Assembly: GCA_965223295.1 (NCBI GenBank)
Contig: CBDCWC010000002.1
Location: forward strand, 224,001-288,000
Length of the DNA stretch: 64,000 nt
Source: Nitrospirales bacterium
GTDB taxonomy: Bacteria; Nitrospirota; Nitrospiria; Nitrospirales; UBA8639
Direction: 5' to 3'
The notes under the pieces are model-generated. The model was given only the letters and a program-made list of their open reading frames with translations, was not told the origin of the DNA and searched no databases. Numbering within the stretch: position 1 is the first letter of the stretch; the number at the start of each line of letters is the position of its first letter. This document shows positions 29,219-37,398 of this stretch, one piece after another. The position numbers were made by a program, and so were the translations under genes.

Positions 29219-31957
29219 CTATCTCCCCTTGGCCCTCCTGACAAAGGAGGGGGAGGTGCGACGGCTCGCTGAAGAGATTTCTTTTTCAATGAGGGTTTTT
29301 ACGAGGCGGTATTCGTCTTCCTCCGTGACCACCATGCCGTCGAGTTTGGCTTTGAATGTGGCATCCAAGACACGGTGATATGCTGGTCCTTTCGGGAGAC
29401 CTAAGTCTTCAAGATCGTGGCCAGTCAGGGAAATTGAAACGTGTTGCCATGTGGTGAAGTATTCACGAACCCTTTCCATGGCTCTCAGAGTGGTTGGTTT
29501 GAGTTGAGCTTTAGCCATCAAGAACAAGAGGATTTCGTTTGGCCAAGATGATAGTAGGGCGTATGCCTCCGATGGGGCCAGGTTTTGTCTATTTAAGGTT
29601 CGGATGAGTGTCGATTGCGCGACCACATAATTTCCCACCATTTTAATGTGTCCTAGTGGGAAGCCTAGGCGTTTCCATGTTTTTGAGAGTTCAGTGTTTC
29701 CTAACGATTCAAACCACGCCAATCCATATAGTAGCCATTGCTTCACTGGAGAGTTCGGGTGTTCGACGGTGAACCAGACCAATATTGTTTCGACTGATTT
29801 GAACGTTTTTTGCACATGTGACTTCGTGTGTAACTGCGGATGAATGAACGGCACGAGCTGAAATTCTTCGAGTCGTCGAATTCCTTTGAGCGGGGAGGGT
29901 TCTTCTAGCATATGAATCAGTTCATTGCCTAATCGAGAACTGGACAATCGCTGAAAGAGCTCCATCGTTTGGGCTTGGTGAATGAATGATTCGGTTTCTT
30001 TGCTGATACGAAATCCGAATCGCTGTTCAAAGCGAATGGCGCGAAACACTCGCGTGGGATCTTCCACGAAACTTAAACTGTGCAGTACGCGAATAACCTT
30101 GTTTTTGATGTCTCGCCGTCCCCCAAAGTAATCTAAGAGTTCCCCTGGGGAGCGATTGATGCGGATGGCCAGTGCGTTGATCGTAAAGTCTCGACGATAG
30201 AGGTCTTTTTTAATAGAGCTTCGTTCAACGGTGGGCAGGGCCGTGGGATATTCGTAATATTCCGTGCGGGCGGTAGCCACATCCAGATGATGCATGTGTG
30301 GAAGACGGAGTGCTTGAGGGAGTTTAATCGAAACCGTGCCGAAGCGTTCGTGGGCAGTCCATTCTGTGGCTAATTCCTTGGCGAGCAATTGTCCGAATTG
30401 TATCCCGTCTCCTTCGACGACGAAGTCTAAGTCAATGTTACTGATATCTAGTAACAGGTCACGAACGAACCCACCAACCAGAAATACTGAGATATTCACC
30501 TTGTCAGCTATTTGTTCAACGGTTTCCAGCAAAGAAAGGAGCGGAGGCGGAAGGTGTTTAGTGAGTAGGTGACGGACGTTCCAGGTATGTAACGGAGTGG
30601 AAGACGAGGGAGTAGGAATGGTGGGAGCAACCCCTAAGGGTTGTGACGGTGTTAATCGCTGCCCGGGTTCTTGGTGAAGGGCACGTAAGAGGTCCGTTCG
30701 GCTAAAAATGCCGATGACCGTTTCATGATCGAGAACGGGGACAATCCGTTGATTCCGTTCCACCATTTGCAGTTGAACATCTTCAAATGGAGTCTTGGAG
30801 TTAGCCACGAAAATGTCCCGCAACATGATATGCTCGACCGGTTGGCTAGCTAATTTATGATAGAGAGCTTTTTGAATAGCTTCTCGCGTGGCCAGTCCGA
30901 TGAATTGTCCGCGAGGGCTCACAACCGGTAGCGCATTGACCTCATGTTGAGTCATGAGACGTTCGGTCTGTTTAATTGTGGTGCCTTCCTCGACTGTTCG
31001 CACCGGAAACGTCATCAATTGGCGAATGGGGAGCCAGGTTTTAGCCTGTTCTTGAAGCAATTCGTGTAAGTGTTGCTCCACTTCAGCCAAGGTTTGTCCT
31101 TTGATGCTGGCGGCGGCAGCCATGACATGCCCCGCACCACCAAAGTGCTGAGCAATGCGGTTCATGTCCATCTCCATATGGCGGCTGCGTCCGATAAATT
31201 GAACCTTTCCTTCCATGGCGATAGCGATGAGAACCGCATCAGCATTATAGAGTTGACCCAGCTGGTGGGTGACGGGTGCGAGGTCGGAGACATATTCTGA
31301 CCAGGCCAATGTCGCGAAAGCGACGCGGCGTCTTCCCAACATCAGAAGTTGTGTTGCTTGTAACAGTGCATGAAAGAGGACAGCTTGCGGCTCGGTCCAT
31401 TTGCGTTGTATGAAATCGTTTATGATGGTGAGATTTGCGCCTGTTTCAAGTAATCGTGCGCCAACCGCAAGGTCACGAGGTGTGGTATGCAAGTAGGTGA
31501 AGTGGCCAGTTTCTTCATACAGAGCGAGGGCAAAGAGCGTGGCTTCTTCTGGTGACCAACTCAGTGATTGTTCTTGAAGCGCTTCGACTAACAGAGTGAT
31601 GCAGGCTCCTACAGGCTCTAGTTTTAGCCACTCGGCTCTTTTGGCTAACGGATTTGTGGTTTCTAGTGGATGATGGTCCCAAATATGTAAAGAAAGAAGT
31701 TGATTTTTAAATATTGTTTCTATATGACCTAAACGATCCTGGTGGTCCGCATCGACCAGAATGATTCTCGAGATTTCCGCCAGGGAAAGATCTGAAAGTG
31801 GTGTTAATGTAATCGGATAATGAGCCAGGTAGGCCCGTTCTCGGGTTTGTGCTCCTCCCGGAAGCACCAAATGCGCATCTGGATAAAGCTTGTGGGCGGC
31901 CACCATGGAAGCAATTCCGTCAAAATCTGCTTCCAAATGTGTGGTAATAACCTCCAT
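29219..31957 (-). CDS. cca: tRNA nucleotidyltransferase (CCA/A-adding) with DHH, DHHA1 and CBS domains
   Basis: THLEADFD, DHH, GGAGH, two CBS domains, VGGFVRD, DLD, RRDFTINA, EDPTR. Confidence 0.9.
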   Translation of the reverse strand: MEVITTHLEADFDGIASMVAAHKLYPDAHLVLPGGAQTRERAYLAHYPITLTPLSDLSLAEISRIILVDADHQDRLGHIETIFKNQLLSLHIWDHHPLETTNPLAKRAEWLKLEPVGACITLLVEALQEQSLSWSPEEATLFALALYEETGHFTYLHTTPRDLAVGARLLETGANLTIINDFIQRKWTEPQAVLFHALLQATQLLMLGRRRVAFATLAWSEYVSDLAPVTHQLGQLYNADAVLIAIAMEGKVQFIGRSRHMEMDMNRIAQHFGGAGHVMAAAASIKGQTLAEVEQHLHELLQEQAKTWLPIRQLMTFPVRTVEEGTTIKQTERLMTQHEVNALPVVSPRGQFIGLATREAIQKALYHKLASQPVEHIMLRDIFVANSKTPFEDVQLQMVERNQRIVPVLDHETVIGIFSRTDLLRALHQEPGQRLTPSQPLGVAPTIPTPSSSTPLHTWNVRHLLTKHLPPPLLSLLETVEQIADKVNISVFLVGGFVRDLLLDISNIDLDFVVEGDGIQFGQLLAKELATEWTAHERFGTVSIKLPQALRLPHMHHLDVATARTEYYEYPTALPTVERSSIKKDLYRRDFTINALAIRINRSPGELLDYFGGRRDIKNKVIRVLHSLSFVEDPTRVFRAIRFEQRFGFRISKETESFIHQAQTMELFQRLSSSRLGNELIHMLEEPSPLKGIRRLEEFQLVPFIHPQLHTKSHVQKTFKSVETILVWFTVEHPNSPVKQWLLYGLAWFESLGNTELSKTWKRLGFPLGHIKMVGNYVVAQSTLIRTLNRQNLAPSEAYALLSSWPNEILLFLMAKAQLKPTTLRAMERVREYFTTWQHVSISLTGHDLEDLGLPKGPAYHRVLDATFKAKLDGMVVTEEDEYRLVKTLIEKEISSASRRTSPSFVRRAKGR

Positions 31958-32135
31958 GAGAGAAACATCTTAGCAGGGATCATGAAGGGCCGGAAGGTCT
32001 CAAACTATCTCCAGCTATCCATTCTGTAAATCTTTTGTTGATTGCAAGGCCCTCTCCATGGTAGATGGGGGCAACTCAAGAGGCGATCCGTTTCAATCGG
32101 ATCCGTAGTCGATTATTCTATCAGGAGGGTGACAC

Positions 32136-33116
32136 ATGGCTGCTAAGGCTAAGCCCAGGTCCAAGTCAAAGGCCAAGCCTCGACCGACGTCCAAGAAAAA
32201 GGTGACGACGAAATCTAAAGCCGTGCCAAAGAAAGCCGTGAAATCTCAACGTTCATCGTCCACTAAGGCGAAACCGAAAAAAGCCAAGGCTGGGCCAAAA
32301 TCTCAATCAAAGTCCAAGCGAGTCGTGAACGTTCGTTCACGCTCAAAAGTAGCATCAAAAAAGGCGGCGAAAGGTAAGAAAGGTAAAGCAAAGACATTGA
32401 AAAAAGTCACGAAAACGACCAAATCGAAAACAGCGACCAAGAAAGCCAAGCTGGTTTCTAAAAAGACCAAAACAAAAGTGAAGAAGCCAAAAGCCACAAC
32501 CAAGCTCTCCACGACAAAAAAATCCACTCCTACCCGCAGTCGTTCTCTCTTGAAATCGACCTCCAAGTCTCAGGGGACTCGAGTCGCCGGAAAGTCAAAA
32601 GTGACCAAAAGCGGCAAGCCAACAAAGACCTCAAAAGCGGCAGCTCCGAGTCCAAAATCCTTACGTACAAGAAAAAAAGTTGTGACGTCCTCGAACAAGA
32701 AGCCGGTCGCAAAAAAATCGAGTAAGACAGAGATTTCAAGTCCTGAGACCGGATCTTCTGTGCTTGATGTCTCTGAGGCAAAAAAAACACCTACATCTGG
32801 AACAGGAGCCAAGGCGTTAGATCCGGTATTGCCAGACGATATTGATGCGGAGTTAGACATTGAAGTCGAGGCTGATGGAGAGATCTCACTTGATTCCCTC
32901 ACATCTGATCTGGCCGATGATTCTGATGATATAGATGTCGATGATCTCGATGATGATTTTGCGGATGATGATTTTGTCGAAGATTTGGCCGACGAATCTG
33001 ATGAAGACTTAGATTTGACGGAAGACTTATCCGAAGAGCTGGGTCCCGAAAAGTTCTTTCGAGAGACCGAAGTCAACACTGGAGATGATGAAGAGGAGAT
33101 CCCCCGGTCCTGGTAA
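32136..33116 (+). CDS. Charge-segregated low-complexity protein (Lys-rich H1-like N-terminus, Asp/Glu-rich C-terminus)
   Basis: GGAGG RBS; about 200 aa K/S/T/A-rich, then about 90 aa D/E-rich ending EEEIPRSW. Confidence 0.8.
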   Translation: MAAKAKPRSKSKAKPRPTSKKKVTTKSKAVPKKAVKSQRSSSTKAKPKKAKAGPKSQSKSKRVVNVRSRSKVASKKAAKGKKGKAKTLKKVTKTTKSKTATKKAKLVSKKTKTKVKKPKATTKLSTTKKSTPTRSRSLLKSTSKSQGTRVAGKSKVTKSGKPTKTSKAAAPSPKSLRTRKKVVTSSNKKPVAKKSSKTEISSPETGSSVLDVSEAKKTPTSGTGAKALDPVLPDDIDAELDIEVEADGEISLDSLTSDLADDSDDIDVDDLDDDFADDDFVEDLADESDEDLDLTEDLSEELGPEKFFRETEVNTGDDEEEIPRSW

Positions 33117-33274
33117 AATGCCCCGTCAGATCCCAATCACCTTTCGAAATCCAGAGTTACGTTATCGTTGTACGCTATGGGTTATCGGGGCGGTTCTTGT
33201 TCCATGACACGTCTTCCTGGTACAAATAAGATAGAACATATCTATTGTTTCCCGAGTCACTAGAAGGAGGATGC

Positions 33275-34078
33275 ATGTCAGAAGAACGCGGGCTGCCTCG
33301 CATCGGAGACCACGCGCCAGATTTTTCTGCCGTGACGACGCAACACACCGATTTTAATTTCAGTGCGTGGCAAGAGCAAGATTGGATTGTCTTCTTTTCT
33401 CATCCGGCAGATTTTACGCCGGTCTGCACAACGGAGTTAGTCGCGTTTGCTCGTCAGCACGATCGGTTTCGTCAGCGAAATGTGAAGCTGATTGGGCTCA
33501 GCGTGGATAGTGTTCATGCGCATTTAGCGTGGGTTCGAAATATTCAAGAAAAGATGAATGTGGAAATTCCGTTTCCCATGATCGCTGATTCCGATACAAA
33601 GGTTGCCCAACTCTATGGTATGATTCACCCCAATGCCAGTTCAACAGCCACGGTACGTGCCGTCTTTGTCATTGATCCAAAGCGCGTCATTCGGGCTTTG
33701 GTCTACTACCCTTTGAACGCTGGACGAAATGTTGATGAAATTTTTCGATTAGTGACGGCCTTACAGACAACCCAACGGTTTGCCTGTGCGACACCGGCTA
33801 ATTGGCAGGAGGGGGATAAAGTTGTCGTGCCTCCTCCGCAAACTCTTCAAGAAGTTGAAACAAGTCTTTCCCAATCCGATTATGAACGCCAGGATTTTTA
33901 TTTAGCTTTGAAAGACATTTCCAAGCCTACTGAGGCAGCCAGTCTGGTGCCAACAGATGCAGAAGCTTCTAAACCTCCTGTCGACGGAACGGCTCCATCG
34001 ACCGAGACAACTGAATCTGCATCACCGCCTACTGATGGAAACATGTCTCCACCTGCGGAAACAGCATCTCCTGCCTGA
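33275..34078 (+). CDS. Peroxiredoxin, Prx6 type, with P/S/T/A-rich tail
   Basis: FSHPADFTPVCTTE, TVRAVF, GRNVDEI, TPANW. Confidence 0.93.
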   Translation: MSEERGLPRIGDHAPDFSAVTTQHTDFNFSAWQEQDWIVFFSHPADFTPVCTTELVAFARQHDRFRQRNVKLIGLSVDSVHAHLAWVRNIQEKMNVEIPFPMIADSDTKVAQLYGMIHPNASSTATVRAVFVIDPKRVIRALVYYPLNAGRNVDEIFRLVTALQTTQRFACATPANWQEGDKVVVPPPQTLQEVETSLSQSDYERQDFYLALKDISKPTEAASLVPTDAEASKPPVDGTAPSTETTESASPPTDGNMSPPAETASPA

Positions 34079-34239
34079 ATTTTACGGTTCTTTTTTGTCT
34101 TTGAAGGCCATGAGCCGTCCTTGGTTTTTTCATCAGGTGGTTGCTTCTCTCATTATATATTCCAACAGAACCTTTCATTCAAATGTCTTCCTTTGTCGGC
34201 CGGTCTTTTCCTAGGCCTTATTCAGCCGAAGTTTCATGA

Positions 34240-34430
34240 GTGAGTGTTGAATAATGCAGATATCAAAGGCCATATTTCGCCAGGCAGTCCTTGACGATCA
34301 ACAACCTCGGGTCGGTTCAAAAAAGTCCGTCCAGCAAGGTCGCAGCCCTTTATGCGCGCGGAGCATACTGACACTACGTAAGTATGGAAAAAGGGCGAGA
34401 ACGCCGCTGGCGGATTTTTTCAACAGACTC
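34240..34430 (+). mobile_element. Family A element, full length
   Basis: gtgagtgttgaa...ttcaacagactc; flanking ATGA(G) duplication. Confidence 0.92.
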
Positions 34431-34442
34431 ATGAGATAAATT

Positions 34443-35555
34443 GTGACCAGACAAGGCCAACATTGTCTCCTTGTCTTTTGGGGCGCCGTTCTTTTGTTGG
34501 TGACTGCTCTGCCTTTAGATGTTCGAGCTTGCCGTGTCTCCGAACCTCCTCGGGATAATTCTGAAGTACTATGGGTCCATCTTGAAGGGTTTTGTCTTTC
34601 CAAGGATCGGCGTCGCTTGGCGGTTAAAGGAGCTGATGTGCTTCAAGCATTACAGGAGGGGAAGAGTCTTGATGTTCAGGGGGCTTTCATCGATGGAGAT
34701 ATTATGCTGGATCGCTTGCCATTGCAGGCTATTGAGGAAATTTCCACTATTCCTCCGCATATTCAAGAGCGGCTTCTGCAACGAGGCTTGACAGCGGTTC
34801 GAGTGATTCCAGGTTCTGTCCATGTTCGTGATAGCCAATTTGAAAAAGTGTTAGCAACGAATTTGGTCAACGACATTCTGATTATCTTAGGGGTTGTCGA
34901 AATCTCTGGGACAACATTTCTACAATCTGTGGATTTTTCTCAAATCATTTTTGTAAAGGAAATGGTTTTTACGAATGTTGAGGTGGGGTTTGAGGGGTTT
35001 TTTATTGGGACCGACTTTGAGCAATCGGCAGACTTCTCGCAGACGGTATTTGGTACACATTCCCGGTTTCACAAGGCGGTATTTCGAGCGCCCGTCGTTT
35101 TTTCCGGTGTACAGTTCAAAGGTGTGGCTGAGTTTCTTGAAGTACAATTTCACCAGGCGGCGAATTTTTCGGAAGTGTACTTTCTGAGCGGAACGGGATT
35201 TTCCGGATCGGTCTTTCACGGCCCAGTAGATTTTTCAGGAGTGGAGACGCATCAGGAAATATATTTTCGCTTTAGTGAATTCAAACAGCATGTGTCTTTT
35301 CAACAGGCGCAGTTCCAAGCAGTGGTGGATTTTTCCAATTCTCGTTTTGGCAGTCTTGAAGACTCCCCAGATTTTTCTGATACCGAGTTTGCCATCCAGC
35401 CGAACTTTTCGGATAGTAATATTTCAGTTCGAGTCCCTGTCATAGGTAGACGGGTCAATCAACAAGCTCAGTGGATGATCTTTGGAGGGTTGGTTATTTT
35501 AGCAGGAATCTATCTGTGGATATCTAGAAAGAAATCACCGAGCAATTCAGCCTGA
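34443..35555 (+). CDS. Exported pentapeptide-repeat protein with C-terminal membrane anchor
   Basis: Signal peptide, repeated (A/V)xFxxxxF units, TM plus basic tail. Confidence 0.85.
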   Translation: MTRQGQHCLLVFWGAVLLLVTALPLDVRACRVSEPPRDNSEVLWVHLEGFCLSKDRRRLAVKGADVLQALQEGKSLDVQGAFIDGDIMLDRLPLQAIEEISTIPPHIQERLLQRGLTAVRVIPGSVHVRDSQFEKVLATNLVNDILIILGVVEISGTTFLQSVDFSQIIFVKEMVFTNVEVGFEGFFIGTDFEQSADFSQTVFGTHSRFHKAVFRAPVVFSGVQFKGVAEFLEVQFHQAANFSEVYFLSGTGFSGSVFHGPVDFSGVETHQEIYFRFSEFKQHVSFQQAQFQAVVDFSNSRFGSLEDSPDFSDTEFAIQPNFSDSNISVRVPVIGRRVNQQAQWMIFGGLVILAGIYLWISRKKSPSNSA

Positions 35556-35650
35556 CCCACTATATTTTGACAGGGTATTGCGGCTTCCTACAAAAGATGG
35601 TATACCAGATTAATACTCTCCGTTTTCAGTTTTTGCAGAAAGGCTTGTGA

Positions 35651-36475
35651 TTGGATTCTGCCCCTTCCCTGGATTTTTCTCATCTTTCCGATTTAGAAGA
35701 TGATCAGGCGTATGAAGTTAAGCTTGAGGCCTTTACGGGGCCTATGGATCTTCTCTTGCATCTGATTCGTAAACAAAAAATTAATATCTATGATATCCCA
35801 ATTGCCTTGATTGCTCGGCAATACTTGGAATATCTCTCAGTCATGAAGACCTTGAATCTGTCGTTAGCTGGCGAATTTTTGGTGATGGCGGCGACTCTAC
35901 TCTATATCAAATCTCGCATGCTGCTCCCAAAAGAAGAATCGAGTGATGCCGAGGATGAAGAAACGCTTGACCCTCGAAGCGAATTAGTGCGCCAACTTAT
36001 CGAATATGAGCGGTTTAAAGAGGCGGCGGGGAGCTTGGTCACCCGTGAACGTCTTTGGCAGGACTCATTTGGACGGGACCCACTTCCCATACCCAAAACC
36101 TCTGAAGAAGAGGATGATGTCTGGACGGAAGATTTACAGATTTTTGACTTGATTAGCGCTCTGCAAGAGGTGCTTGAGCGTGCTCCGTCTGAGACTTTTA
36201 TTGAAGTTTCTCGAGAAAACTGGACCGTCGAAGAACGGATTCAAGTGATTATGGAGCGGCTAGAAATTGACGCCACGCTTCCCTTTGAAGGGTTATTTGA
36301 CCAACAATGGTCATGCCCCTTAATCATTGTGACATTTCTGGGGTTATTGGAGTTGGTGCGGATGAATTTGGTACGGTTGTTTCAGGACGAAGGGTTTGGA
36401 CCAATACATGTCACTCGTCGGTTTGTGCCTGCCGGAGAAACGACGACTCCAGAAACCATGTTGCCTGATGAATAG
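35651..36475 (+). CDS. scpA: Segregation/condensation protein A
   Basis: FTGPMDLLLHLI, EFLVMAATLLYIKSRMLLP, VTFLGLLEL. Confidence 0.95.
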   Translation: MDSAPSLDFSHLSDLEDDQAYEVKLEAFTGPMDLLLHLIRKQKINIYDIPIALIARQYLEYLSVMKTLNLSLAGEFLVMAATLLYIKSRMLLPKEESSDAEDEETLDPRSELVRQLIEYERFKEAAGSLVTRERLWQDSFGRDPLPIPKTSEEEDDVWTEDLQIFDLISALQEVLERAPSETFIEVSRENWTVEERIQVIMERLEIDATLPFEGLFDQQWSCPLIIVTFLGLLELVRMNLVRLFQDEGFGPIHVTRRFVPAGETTTPETMLPDE

Positions 36476-36538
36476 GGCGAATGAGGTATACTGTCTGTGT
36501 TTTCCAACGAATCGGTTGAGTTCACAGAAGGAGGGATC

Positions 36539-37300
36539 ATGATGACAGATGCAGTGACGAATGGTGATTGTTCCTCAGAGACCAGAGATGTGGACACGAC
36601 TGAAGAAGCAAAAGATGCGCTTGGCCTTACCGCCAATGGAAATGGAGCCCATGAGCAGACCATTGTTGATGAACCGAAACCGGAAGTGGAATGGGATATT
36701 GAAGATATTAAAGCCACGTTTGAAGCCTTACTTTTTGTTTCGCATGATCCGCTGACCATGGAAAAATTGGCGTCTGTCTTAGAGGGAGTCCCTAAATCTA
36801 CTCTCAGAACGACCATGCAGATTCTTCAAGCTGACTATGACCAGGTTGGACGCGGCTTGCAAATTACGGAAGTGGCAGGTGGATTCGTAATGGTGACACG
36901 GCCCGAACAGCATGCGTCAATTAAGCGGCTTTCTAAAGCTAAAGTTTCATCTAAGCTTTCGCGTTCCGCCTTAGAGACTTTGGCAATCATTGGGTATAAA
37001 CAGCCAATTACCCGAGGTGGTATTGAAAAAATCCGTGGCGTGGAAACGTCTGGTGTGTTGCGTACTCTCTTAGATCAAAAACTGATTCGAATCGTTGGTC
37101 GACAAGAGATTCCAGGGCGCCCGATTTTGTATGGAACGGGAAAGCGATTTCTGCAACGGTTTGGATTGCGTGATCTTCGAGACCTTCCGCCCTTGAAGGA
37201 ACTCAAAGCTCTCGGGTCCTCTGAAGCGCTTTCATTAGAGCTTCCCTTTGATTCTGAAAATAGCCAAGAAGAGTCTCCGGTAGCGGACCTTTCTGCCTAA
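36539..37300 (+). CDS. scpB: Segregation/condensation protein B
   Basis: EALLF, LSRSALETLAIIGYKQPITR, IRGV, GRPILYGT. Confidence 0.95.
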   Translation: MMTDAVTNGDCSSETRDVDTTEEAKDALGLTANGNGAHEQTIVDEPKPEVEWDIEDIKATFEALLFVSHDPLTMEKLASVLEGVPKSTLRTTMQILQADYDQVGRGLQITEVAGGFVMVTRPEQHASIKRLSKAKVSSKLSRSALETLAIIGYKQPITRGGIEKIRGVETSGVLRTLLDQKLIRIVGRQEIPGRPILYGTGKRFLQRFGLRDLRDLPPLKELKALGSSEALSLELPFDSENSQEESPVADLSA

Positions 37301-37398
37301 AATACCGTGCACGTATTTTTCTAAACTCTACCTGTCAGACTGCGCATTTTTCCTTTCGATTGTTTCCCATGGTTTTAAACGATCCATTCATGTAATGA

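Noticed and set aside
32303-33136. Antisense ORFs over the Lys/Asp-rich gene
   Set aside because: Shadow frames of low-complexity coding sequence.
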